Source: Neocallimastix sp. 'constans' (Eukaryota). Taken from it: 64,000 bases of DNA. The stretch lies in NCBI GenBank assembly GCA_050613775.1, contig JBODTK010000112.1:372001-436000 (forward strand), in the 5' to 3' direction. Positions within the stretch are counted from its first letter, which is position 1; each line of letters opens with the position of its first letter. Both the position numbers and the translations under genes were made by a program. The notes beneath the pieces are model-generated. The model was not told where the DNA came from. It made no database searches and worked only from the letters and a program-made list of their open reading frames with translations. This document shows, one piece after another, positions 42,497 through 55,741 of the stretch.

Positions 42497-43368
42497 TATG
42501 AAATTAAATATGAACAAGGTTCAATTTATAAAGAACTTTTAAGTATTACTATTTCTGAGGCAAATTAAAAAAAAAAAAAAAAAAATAGAAAATTAGATAT
42601 AAGCCACTATAAAGTTTTCATATTTTAATATAAATTTCAATATATAAATTTTTTTAAGCATTTTAATTTTTTTTTTACATTAATTCCAACTCTTGATTTT
42701 TGAAATTTTTATATATAAGATTATATTAAACTATAAATTTTAATAATTATTTTTTTTTTTTTTTTTACGAAGTTATTATCAATATATAAGTATTTACATG
42801 TTAATATCAATAACAATGCTATTATAACTTAATAATTAAAACATAAACAAATTTTTTTTTTTTTTTTGGTTTTATATAATATTATAAATTAATAATTTAT
42901 TAGTATAATATATAATTTAATAAGTTTAAATTCTTAACAATTACATTAAGGAACTTTTATTATTTTTTTTATTTGCTTTTTTTATTTATTTATTTATTAT
43001 TGTATCAAATAATAATATTATTCATTACATTAATACTGTGTAGAATGAATGAAATACGCATATAAATTATATAATATTAAAGAATATCAATTTATTATAT
43101 TCATAAATAATAAAAAAAGAAAAAAAAAATAATAATAATAAAAATAGAAATAAAAAAATAATTTTTATTTTATCATCATTATCTTTATTATTATTATTAT
43201 TATTATTTATGAAAATAATAATTTTTTATATTTATATATATATAATATAATATATATATTTAAAAATAAAAATAATAAAAAATTAAAGAAAAGCCAATTC
43301 TATAAAAATATTGGTTTTTTCATAATTTTATATTTCATATTATTTATTATTTTATTTTTATTGATTTC

Positions 43369-43400
<32 letters not shown>

Positions 43401-43510
43401 GTATTTTTATAACTTCCATAATATAATTAAAGTGTAATTTTTTTTCTTTTATTAATAATTAATCATTATTTGATTAATTATTTTTTTTTCTTTTCTTTTT
43501 ATTTAACCTT

Positions 43511-45527
43511 TTAAATAATACCACACCAATCACCATTTTCAACACTCCATGTTTTACCATTGGAAGAAGTATAGTAAACTGTAGTAGCATAAACACAACA
43601 TGGATAGCCTCTTTCTAAAGACCAACATTCTTCTTCTTTTTCAGATGGTTTTTGTTCTTCCTTAACAATTAAACACCAGTAATCACCTTCAACACCCCAA
43701 TCACCTGAGGAATCGGAAGTATATACTGTGGTATTTGGATCAGAACAACAATGATAGCCGGTATTATTACAACCACCAAGATGTTCTTCCATTTCAACCT
43801 TTGTAGATTCTAAACTTGGAAGAGAGAATTTACCACCTTCAAGATAATCTTTAGCAAAAGAACAATCAATATTGTATTTTGTACAAGCATATCTGAATCT
43901 TTCAATAATCCAACGTTTAAGACCATAAATTTCATCAGTACTATATGATTTATTATTAGAATATTTCTTCAATACATAGTTATGGAATTCAGCATTTTTA
44001 ACATGATCAGTAACAGTAAAACCATTTTCAATTTTGTAATCTGGACGTACAAAATGGCCTGGACGTTCAGTAGTTTCTTTTTCTGGTGTTCTGTCTTCTA
44101 GAATATATGGATATAAATATTTCATAAGTTCATCAATACGTGGGAAAAGTTTAACTGGATTAAAGCCATTAATCACAAATTTTTTTATATTATTTACAAG
44201 TTCTTTATGTGTATTACTTAAACCAAGAGTTTTATAAAGTGGATAATCCATTTCAACAGATTCACTAACGAATGAAAGGGATGGATTTGGTGCTCTGTAA
44301 GCTCCAAAATCACTATCAAAATCATACAATAAATTTATCCATTTTCCATTATTATTGAAAAGATATTGATTATGATAATTTGTGATATGATCCCATGAAC
44401 CTGTTAAATATTTAAAAGCTTGCCATTTAATATATAAATCGGTATCAAAGAATTTAGATAATTCTCTAGTATCTTTGGCCTTTTCCATTTTATTTATGAA
44501 ATTAGTAAAATCTTCGTCCACAACTTCAGTTTCATCATTTTGACAATTGAAATAGTCACTTGATCCATAACTTTTATCGCATTTATAAAGAGATGTGGTA
44601 TTGGCAATACCATAGTTAGCTTCAACCCATTGTGGCTTGTAGGCATCACGAAGTAAATATAATCCCATATTGTCATCATTAATATAAACTAAAGTATAGG
44701 AAGCTTGAAGAGAAGGTAAACCAAGAATATTACATAAATCATAACCAATTTTCGAACGAAGGAAACTAGGATCAACTACTTCAGAACGTAATCTAAGTTG
44801 TTGTCTACCAAATAAATCACCATTATTAATTTTAATGTTATATTGTTGTTTTTCAAATATTTTAGTATATTTACCACCAATGGATAATTTAATTGAATCC
44901 TTTGTAGTTGTTTTTCTATTATAATAAATTTAAAAAAAAAAAGTTAATATATATATTATGAACTAATATTATTACTATTAATATCACACAAGGATATAAA
45001 TATTATTTAATGCTTTAATTATCATTTAAATATATATATAATATTTACTTATTAAGAATAAAATCAAGCGATGCATTTTTTTCTTCAAAACTTGGAATTG
45101 GAGAAAATGAATGCTTTTGTGAGAAAATTTGATTCATTGGAATAGAACTAGCTATGTTAATTATACTTTTGAAGTCATCATAACCAAGTTCTGGGCTATT
45201 AACTAATTCTAATTGTTTTCCTTTTAATTTTTTAGTATCAATATATTTCCTAGAAACTAATGCAGACATTATATCAGTATAATTGACCCATGGAGCTTTA
45301 TAACAATCTTCGTTATCATTTTCAATTAAAGGACTATTATCGTATAAACATTTGTAGGTTAATTGAAAACGATCATAACTTTCTTTTGAAAGATTAATAC
45401 GAATTGTTGGCATATTAAATTCAGTTAATCTAAATATTTCAGCTCTTTTAACACCTTTAAAGAAGTCTGCAGCCTTAGCAAAGCCTATACTAAATACTGA
45501 AGCAAATAAATAGGTTTGGAATTTCAT
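43511..45527 (-). CDS. Secreted CotH-family (spore-coat kinase-like) protein with two C-terminal fungal dockerin (CBM10-type) domains; 2 exons (45049-45527, 43511-44915), ~627 aa
   Basis: Signal peptide; the intron GT(45048)...AG(44916) restores the frame. CotH motifs SIGGKYT, LRLRSEVVDPSFLRSK, YINDDNMGLY, GSWDH and YDFDSDFG; dockerins GYHCC...WGVEGDYWCLI and CWSLERGYPCC...WSVENGDWCGI. Confidence 0.92.
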
Positions 45528-48500
45528 TTTTTTTTAATTCTATGTAAATTTATTATATAATTTATTTATATATTAATTTGATAATAATTATTTAATTATT
45601 TAATTATTTAGTTATTTAGTTATTATTATTATTCAATTTTTGTTTTAATATTAATAATAATATTTTTGACTTAATTTTTTTTTTTTAATTTATTATTATT
45701 TTTTTTCTTTGATTTCTTTTCTTAATCCTTATTTTTTATGTATTATTAGAATATTTTTTAATTATTTATTAAATATGTCAAATATTTAATTTTTGTTTAA
45801 GTATTTTTTTATTTTTTTTTTTTTTGGCTTGGTTTAGTTTTATTATTTTTTACTTATATTAATAAAACTATTATTATTATCCTGTAATAATAATTTTTTT
45901 AATTTTGTAAGTAAATTTTTTTCTCCACTTTTTTTTTTTTTTTTTTTTTTTTTTTTGTTTTTTAAAAAAAAAGAAATCTTTTTTTTTTATGGAAATTTGA
46001 AAGGTGTTACTGCGTTTTTCTCTTTATATATAAATTTTTAAAATATTTTAGATATTGTAATATTTTAGTAGTTAATATTAAGGATGATATTATGTATATT
46101 ATTATTTCTTTAATGAGAATTTATTAATTATTTAAATTTATATTAAAAAAAGTTTAATTATTAATAAAAAAATTACCTTATTAATTATTTTTTATTAATA
46201 TGAGGTTAATCATTAATCTTATTTAATATAAATTTAATTTTTTATTTAATAAACTTTTAATATTTGATTAAATTAATATAATTTCATAATTCATTCTATA
46301 TTATGTATATATTATGTATGCATATTTATATATATATATATTTTTTATATTTTTTTTTGATATTATTTTACAAAAATGTTTCTTATTAAATCAAATTTAT
46401 TATAATATCATATTATTGATTTTAATTAATTTTTTATTTATTACTCATTTTTAATTTCATAAACTATGACTACAGGAAAATATTATAATATTCTATTAAT
46501 AAGCATTATATATAACTACATTTGTACTTAATTATAATTTTATTAATTATATTTTTATTTAATTATATTTATTCATTTATTTATCTACATATTTTTTATT
46601 TATTGATTATTTTTTAATTATTCTTATTTCATAATACTAATTAATTTAATATTTTTATAAAATTAATTAATTATGCTTGTATAAAGTACTACATATGCAA
46701 AATATTATTTATTAGTAAGTTTTATTTGTACTACTTTATGATATTTTATATTATTTTTATTTTTTTTTTTTGGAAATAATATAAAATTTATCAACTTTAC
46801 TTATTATTGATATTTTTTTTTTGTTTTTATCTCTTTAAAATGAGATAACATATAATTTATTTGATATATTTATTATATATATAAACTCCACAGAAACATT
46901 ATATATAATAAAAAATTATTAAAAATAAATAAATATATATATAAATATATATATTATTATATTATTATTATTGGCTTTTTTTTCTAATAAATTTATTTTA
47001 TAATTAAAAATAATATTAAATTATTAATAGAGAATTCACACTTGATGTGAATTTTTTTAATATTTATTGTTTTCTTTATTTTGTAATATATTTAAATATT
47101 TCATCTTTTTTTTTTTCTTAAATTTATTATTATTATTATAAGTATATTAAAATTCTAATTCAGCAAGTCTCTTTTTTTAAAAAATAAATAAATAAAAATA
47201 TTTATAAAATTCTTAATATTTACATGTTATTAGTAAATTTTAAATATAAAAAAAAATATAATAAAAAATTATTATCATAAGTTTCAAAATAATAATATAT
47301 ATTAATATATATAATGTCTCATTTAACAAAAATTATTAATTATTTCTAATTTATATATATGATTTTTTTATAATAAATTGTATGTCAAAAGCATTATTAA
47401 ATATAAAATACTATTGATTTACAAAGGATTATGAAATAATAATAGTATAATAAAAATAAAATATATAATATTAATATCTGAAATAAAAAAATAATAATAA
47501 TTATAATAATTATATATTCAATTCATATTAAATATTTGTTAATAATTATACAATATATTAGTATATTTTATTAAATTTTTTTTTTTATAAAAAATTCTAA
47601 TTATTTAATATATTAGTACATTTATTATATTAAAATATAAATTTTTTTTTTTTAATTTATTTTTTTAAAAATTCTAATATTAAATATGGCATATTTAAAA
47701 CATATACATTGATCGTTTAATTAAAAAAAAAAAAAAAAACTTGAAACACAAAAAAAATTTTTTTTCATTATTTCTATAAAACCTTATTTCTTATTATTTA
47801 AAATTATGGTTCAAATTTTAATATTCTTTAATTTTTTCAAAAAATATGATAACATTATCACTTTTAATGAAAAATATATTAAATTAAATTAAATATTTTT
47901 CATAAAAACGATAACATTATGATATTCTGAAACATATTATGAGTTTTATGACTCAATAATTTTCTGTATTAATATTAAATCTTATTATTATTTAAAATAA
48001 TTAAAATATTATATTTGTGATAATTAATGATATAATTTCAAAAGCTTGAGAATCAACTAAATATCTTTTTTTTTATAATAAATATAATATTCATTAAATA
48101 TTTATATGAATGTATAAATAATAATTAATGAAACTGTAATTATTCTTTCTCATGATATTTTTATTTAAAAATTATTTTAATGAAAAATATAATAATACTA
48201 CATGATTTAATTTAATGTTAATTTAAATATATTATTAATAAAGATATTAACACTTTAAATAATTATGACATTATACATTGTTTTTCTAAGTTCATAATCT
48301 TTTTTAACATAAAAATATTAAATAAATAAATAAATAAAAAAAGACAATATTATTATTTAATTTATCATAGAGATTCTATATAATTTAATACCTTATTTTA
48401 ATTGATTAATAAAAAACTATATAAATTAAATTAAAATAAAAACAATAAAAATACAATTAAAAAATAAAAATTAAATTAAAAAACGATAAAATATCTGAAC

Positions 48501-50761
48501 AATATATAATAGGATAATATTATTTATTTTCATTAAAATAGACTTTTAGAAGTAATAGTAACTAATGGTATATTTTATAAAAGAATAATATATATTTAAT
48601 ATTGAATATAATATTTAAATTTCAAAAAGCATATAGAAATTAAAAAGTAATCCCTTATTTTCTTTTTTTTTTATTTTAATTTGTTTATATAGTTTGTTAT
48701 TTAAATATATTTTATATTTTAATGTTTTCTCCAAAAAAAAAAATAAAATAAAATAAAAAAAAATAAAAAATAAAAAAAGAAATAAAAAATAAAAAATAAG
48801 AAAAAAAAAAATTAAAATTAAGATTTATATTAAATATTTATGGAATATTAATTACATAAATAAAAAAGTATAAATAATTATTTTTCCATAAATTAAAGTG
48901 ATAATGAGAAAATGATATTGTGATTATTATTTCCCCTTTTTATACATACATATTTGTTAATAAAATAAAATAATATCTTAATATATATATATCATTCTTT
49001 ATTAAATATCATTTTGAAAAAATTTTTTTTAAAAAAAATATATATATATATATATAATTTACATACATACATATATATATATGTAAATTATTTATTTTAT
49101 TTTTGGAATAGAATTCCTTAATTGTAAGATATATAATTTATAATTTTAAAAAAGTATTTACTTTTTTTCAAAAAAATAAATATATATAAATTTTTTTTCC
49201 CTTATATATATACATTATTTTTATATACTATTTTAAATATTAATACTTTACTATTAAATATTATTCTTGTTATATCTTTTTATTTATTTATTTATTTTTG
49301 ACATTCACGTTAGAAAATAATACTTACAAAAAAAAGACATATATTATTAATATATTTTAATATATTCGATTACTCGGTATGAAGTAAATTTATATATATA
49401 GTGATTTTGAAACATAAAGTTTACTATAAAGTCTTATAAATTGATATATATATATATATATTATTTAATTTTAATAATGTATATTAATAATTACAAGAAA
49501 AAAAAAAAAAAACTATTATTACTACTTTATATAGGAGAATAAATTTAATTTTTATACATAAATATATATTACCAAAATAAATAAATTAATAAATAAATAT
49601 TCAAGAATAGAATAATAATAATGAATATTATAAAAAGTTTTTTTTTTTTAATTTATATTATTAATTATTAAAATAATATTTTACATTTAATATAAAGATT
49701 AATATATAAAAATACTTAATAATAAATATATATTATTTTCTACCTTTTAAATATGAAAATAAGTCAATAATGCATCCCAAATAATTTATAAATAAACTTT
49801 AAAAAAAATTAAACATACTCATTAAAAAAAAAATAATAATAATAATAATACTCTTAAAAAAAAAATTAGTAATACTACTTTATAAAAAAAAAATTAAAAA
49901 TAGACTAATATGTTATGATAAATAATATTAATAATAATAATAATTAAAACAAAAAATAAACAATATATTTTTTTTTTAATTTATATTTTATGGTAAAATA
50001 TGGAGAAAGTTTAAATCTAATTTTCTATAAATGCATTTAACTAAAAAAAATAATAAAATAAAATAAAAGGAACATTTTTGATATAATTATTTTTTAACTT
50101 TGTTAATATTATTATTAAAATAATTATAGAAAGGAATAAATAATAATAAAAATTAACAAAATTAGTAGTACCAAAAAATTTTTTGATATATTCTTATTAT
50201 TATTATTTTTTTATAACTATTATTATTAAGTAAAATCAAATAAAAATTATATTCTCTATCTTGTAATATTTAACTTAAAATAATAATTATAGTTATCATT
50301 ACTATTATTTAATTTATAGTTATCATCACCTATTACTTAATTTATAGTTATTATTACCATTATTTAATTAATTTATAGTTACCATTCCTATTATTTAATT
50401 GATATTATATATATTATTAGTAATAGTAGTAGTGATGATAGTGGTAATACAATTATTATTTTTGTGTTATAATTAAATATAAATAAATATAAATAAATAA
50501 ATTTTATTAAACAATAGAAAACTATAAATTTGTGAAATATATGATAGCCTTGGTTCGGTATCTCTTACTGGGAGAAGTTATATTTATTATTTATGTAATT
50601 TATTAATATAAATATAATTTTATTTATTCATTTATTAAAGATTTATTTATTTATTTATTTTATAATTTAAATTTATTTAATTAAATACTAAATATTATAA
50701 ATTTTTTAATATTACTAAACTAATTATATTAATAAGAATATATTTTAATTTGGCAATTCAC

Positions 50762-50827
50762 TATTTATTAAAATTTTGCGAAATGAAACTTTTCCGAAAT
50801 GAACTTTTGCGAAATGCCACACACCCC
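50762..50827. mobile_element. DNA-transposon terminus (probably Mutator-like) with three sub-terminal TTTT(G/C)CGAAATG repeats, ending CACACACCCC
   Basis: Three tandem copies at 50774-50816 form a GC-richer motif in AT-rich DNA. No matching partner end was found nearby. Confidence 0.5.
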
Positions 50828-50919
50828 ATATTCACATAACATAAAATTTATGTTATAAATTTTATATTTACATTAATTTTATGTATTTTATAGAATTTAT
50901 GATGTTACATAAATTTATA

Positions 50920-51256
50920 TGATATTAATTATTAAATATTAAATTTATATCTTTTTGATAATAATTATTTTATTTTATTTTATTTCAATATGTATTATTA
51001 TAATTATAATAATTATAATACTTTAATTCATATAAAATTTATATAGTTCTATATATTAGAATATATAATTAATATATTACCTATTTCTTATAAATAGATT
51101 AGATTATTTATATTAGAAATAGAGGACTCTCTTGTAAAATTTTAGGAATTAGAATTATTATTTTAATTGTACGAATATTATAATTTTATTAATAAAATTT
51201 ATTAAACAATATTTAAAACCCACTGCTTATAAATTATTGCACATAAAAGTCTATCA
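50920..51256 (+). mobile_element. Solo LTR (337 bp) of the same family as the adjacent element, more diverged
   Basis: TGATAT...CTATCA flanked by TATA on both sides (50916-50919, 51257-51260). Aligns along its length with the LTR at 51261-51642, with indels. Confidence 0.8.
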
Positions 51257-51647
51257 TATATGATATAAAACAAATATGTGTAGTAACATATTTGTATATT
51301 TAATAATAATTATTAAATATTAAATTTATATCTTTTTGATAATAATTATTTTATTTTATTTTATTTCAATATGTATTATTATAATTATAATAATTATAAT
51401 ACTTTAATTTATATAAAATTTATATATTTCTATATATTAGAATATATAATTAATATATTACCTATTTCTTATAAATTAAATTATTTATATTAGAAATAGA
51501 GAACTCTCTTGTAAAATTTTAGGAATTAGAATTATTATTTTAATTGTACGAATATTATAATTTTATTAATAAAATTTACTAAACTACCATTATTTAAAAC
51601 CCACTGCTTATAAATTATTGCACATAAAAGTCCCGCATATCAAAAAT

Positions 51648-51665
51648 TGGTGGAGATATCGGGGA
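51648..51665 (+). promoter_or_regulatory. Primer-binding site, probably for tRNA-Ala
   Basis: TGGTGGAGATATCGGGGA lies 5 nt after the 5' LTR. It resembles the complement of eukaryotic tRNA-Ala 3' ends (...TCCCCGGCATCTCCACCA). Confidence 0.7.
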
Positions 51666-51988
51666 TGTGCTGTGTAAAAAGTAATTTATAAGTAGTGGTG
51701 TTTAGTAATTTTGTTAATTAATTATATATCCGTATATATTTACATAAATTCTCTTCAGTTAGGATTAATTAAAATATACTGTTTAGGATATAAATTTTTA
51801 ATTTTTTTTATTGGTTATTTATAGTTATATTATCTTTGGTGAAGAGAAAGTTATACAATATATGTTATTTCATTCATTTTAGTATAATTTAAATAAATTG
51901 TTTTAAAATAAATAAGAATTCGGAATATTTTAATAATTATATTAAATAATAATATATATATATAAACATTATAATTGTATATATAAAT

Positions 51989-52040
<52 letters not shown>

Positions 52041-52092
52041 AATTTAATAGATAAGTACTATTATTTTTTTTTTTTTAAATTAATTGCTTATA

Positions 52093-53151
52093 ATGAGGAA
52101 TAATAATTTTAATTGCAATCGGGTAGATACTGGGACTCTTCCAAGAATTGGTGGATCTCGTAGAGATGCAGAAATCTGGAAGTTTAAAATTAATGATTGG
52201 TTTAAGAGGGAAGGTATTACTACCGATGAGAATAAATTTAGTTATATAATTACAGCTGTTGAAGATAACATCGTAAGGATACTTATGGAAAAAGAAAAAG
52301 AAGTAAATAGACCTCTTACTTTGGATGAATGTGTTAAATTAATTAAAAAGAAATATTGGAGGGAGAATTTGAAGGAAGATAAACTAAGTCAATTAAAAAA
52401 AATTATTATAACCCCAAATGAAAATGTTTGTGATTTTAATACTAGATTTTTGGAGCTATACGATCAATTGGATTTCAACGATAAGTCTTATATATCTGTT
52501 ATTGATTATGAAAATGCTTTACGACCAAGAGGTAGAATATATGAAATGGTTGCTATGGCTGATGTTGATAATCTGGAGGATGCCTGTAGATTAGCCGAAA
52601 ATTTTGAAAGTATAATAAACAAATCTCGAGTAGGCAATGAAATATGGGGTTCTTATACTACTAATATTAAGAATAATTATAATGGTGTAATAAACTATGG
52701 CCAAATTGAAAGATCAAATTATAAAAATAATTTTTCTGATAAATATAATAAAAATGCATCTAATATATGGATTGGAAATAATATTAGAAATCATAGGAAT
52801 TTTAGGAATTATCCTATAAATATTGTGACTCAAGGAATACAAAATAATAACTTAAATAAATATACTAAACCTAGGCAAAACACTTACAATTATTATAGAT
52901 TTAGTGTAAATAACGATAATAACAGTAATTTAAATGTTAGTAATGATAATAATATATCATACCATTATAGAAATCGGAAAATTTTAAAATCAAATTTAAA
53001 AATTAGTTCATCAAATAGTTCAACAAATAATAATAAAGTAAACAGTAATAATGATAAAAATAATAGCAATATTAATAATGTTAATGAAAACATAATTAAT
53101 AATAATTCAATTAATAATATCATCAATAATGGTATATCTAACTTGGATACC

Positions 53152-53193
<42 letters not shown>

Positions 53194-53322
53194 AATGATG
53201 ATATTTATAATAATAAAAATAATAAAAATAAAAATAACACTTTGAATAACATAGTAAATGTGGAACAAAATAAATTATACGCGTTCAAAATGGATAATTT
53301 CAGAAAAAAAATTATAAAATAG
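52093..53322 (+). CDS. gag: Gag-like capsid protein with a long Asn-rich tail and no zinc knuckle
   Basis: NTRFLELYDQL...DYENALRPRGRIYEMVAMADVDNLEDACRLA aligns by eye with the gag at 1-160 (NIRFETLLNKI...YYINAFRTLTKTYEALLEAEPQNLKDAMQIT). First ATG at 52093. Confidence 0.8.
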
Positions 53323-54065
53323 GAAATACCAATAATGGAAAATTTGAAACAAATAGTAATATTATAATAACTAAAGAAGAAAATAAAAATAGTTTCGCTG
53401 GTAATACAGATATTAAGAAAAATCAAAATAATAATATGGAAATTAATAGTATTGTAACAATAAATATTAAAACTATTGATAATAATGAAAATATTAATTC
53501 AAATAGTAAAAAGAATAAAAATAATAATGATATTATTGGGATATCTGAAAATATAATTAACAAGAGAAATAGTAATAAAAATATAAAAGAAGTAATAAAT
53601 ATTAATGAACCTTTAAAAGTTGAAAACATTAACAATAGAACTAATAAATCTATAACTCCTAGTTTAGTAATAGAATCAAAAGTTATTATTAATAAAAATT
53701 CAAAAATAAACAATACTCAAATTATTCCAAATAATAATAAAAATAAGCAATTTACAAATAAAGTGAATTCAGTTAATAATAATATTTATATAAAAGAAAG
53801 AAAAATTATTAACAAAAATTCTCCGATAGATGAATCTAGTAAAGTTGTTAATGTTGGTAGTGCTAAGAAAATAAAAATTAATAAAATTAAAAAGATAATT
53901 AAAATTCCAAATATTCGTATTCAAAATAACAATAAAAATAAAATAAATATTAATAAAATTTTTATGCCCAAACCTGAGATTATGTTAAAAGATATTATTA
54001 TTTATAGCAACAATCGCATTGATACAAAACGAACAAATAGGAATTATAAATATAAAAGAAAATAA
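53298..54065 (+). CDS. N/K/I-rich low-complexity ORF in the -1 frame overlapping the gag end (vestigial pol N-terminus or gag extension)
   Basis: The frame is stop-free from 53298 to 54065 and overlaps gag across the A8 run at 53304-53311. Confidence 0.45.
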   Translation, partial: FQKKNYKIGNTNNGKFETNSNIIITKEENKNSFAGNTDIKKNQNNNMEINSIVTINIKTIDNNENINSNSKKNKNNNDIIGISENIINKRNSNKNIKEVININEPLKVENINNRTNKSITPSLVIESKVIINKNSKINNTQIIPNNNKNKQFTNKVNSVNNNIYIKERKIINKNSPIDESSKVVNVGSAKKIKINKIKKIIKIPNIRIQNNNKNKININKIFMPKPEIMLKDIIIYSNNRIDTKRTNRNYKYKRK

Positions 54066-54914
54066 AATTTTAAAATTATTATTTATATTAATTAAACCTT
54101 ATATTTTCTTTTATAAAAAAAAATATATATAGTTTAATTTTTAGCAAGGGCATTTCTGATATAAAACAAATATGTGTAGTAACATATTTGTATATTTAAT
54201 AATAATTATTAAATATTAAATTTATATCTTTTTGATAATAATTATTTTATTTTATTATATTTCAATATGTATTATTATAATTATAATAATTATAATACTT
54301 TAATTCATATAAAATTTATATATTTCTATATATTAGAATATATAATTAATATATTACCTATTTCTTATAAATTAAATTATTTATATTAGAAATAGAGAAC
54401 TCTCTTGTAAAATTTTAGGAATTAGAATTATTATTTTAATTGTACGAATATTATAATTTTATTAATAAAATTTACTAAACTACCATTATTTAAAACCCAC
54501 TGCTTATAAATTATTGCACATAAAAGTCCCGCATATCATATATTATATCACGTTATTTTTAGATCATTTTATAAATCATATGATAATTAATCATATGATT
54601 AATTAATTTATTTTTATGTAATTATTAATAAAATAATTTATTAATAATTAAGGTTTTTATTTTCATTTCATATCATATATAGTTTGACTCAGCATGGAAC
54701 AATAAGGTTTTTCATTGAAAGAATTACAGCTATTATTCAATATATGTATAAATAAATATTAAATCAATAAATGAAATAGTGTCTTCCTCAATAATAATTC
54801 AAGACATTATTAATAAAGCTTTCTGTCTTAATTGACATATTAGATTAGCTTAGAAAACAAATCAGTATCATAAAGAAATTTAAGATACAAATATATATAT
54901 ATATATGATTTGTC

Positions 54915-54953
<39 letters not shown>

Positions 54954-54999
54954 ATAGTAGAACAATGATTAAAAATTATAGTTTATTTAATTATATACT

Positions 55000-55059
<60 letters not shown>

Positions 55060-55415
55060 GTTGAATTTAATATTTTATAAAAATATTAATTAAATAATAA
55101 ATAATTTTATAGTTAGTTATATTTTATTATAAAAAGTATAATAACCAACTATAAAATTATTTACATAAAATTCTTTTTTTTTTAATGAATAATATGCAGT
55201 CTTTTTAAAACTAACTATAAATTTAATAATGTCAGATATAAAATTCAAATTATCCACATAATTTATAAATATTATTAAATTATATAGTATATCATGTAAA
55301 TATACATATAGTTATATTATGACTCATCATAGTTATAATGCATTATTATAATGTATTGAAAAATAAAATAAATTTTATTAAAAAAAATCTTTTCTAAAAT
55401 ATTATATTAAAAATA

Positions 55416-55710
55416 TGAATCTAGTGTTTCACAACATCTTTAAGATATTCTATAAATAAATATATAAATAATTATTATTTCAAAAGAAATAATAATATAT
55501 TTCATATACATATTATTAAATAAATATTTCAAAAGAAATAATGATATATTCTATTAAAAAAGAATTATAAAAAATTATTTTTATAATTTTTTATAAAAAG
55601 AATATTTATTATTTATTTAATTATTATATATTTAATTATTAAATAGAAAGCTACATACGAAAACACGCCACATTGAGAAATTCTCACGATTGTGAAATAC
55701 ACTAGATTCA
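55416..55710. mobile_element. MITE-like element with ~20-bp terminal inverted repeats and TA flanks
   Basis: TGAATCTAGTGTTTCACAA (55416-55434) versus TTGTGAAATACACTAGATTCA (55690-55710); TA at 55414-55415 and 55711-55712. Confidence 0.65.

Positions 55711-55741
<31 letters not shown>

Larger units (their letters stand above)
51261..54538 (+). mobile_element. Non-autonomous gag-only LTR retrotransposon (3.3 kb)
   Basis: 382-bp LTRs at 51261-51642 and 54157-54538 (TGATA...TATCA; two substitutions seen by eye). TATA TSD; PBS at 51648-51665; gag-like ORF; no PR, RT or IN motifs. Confidence 0.92.
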
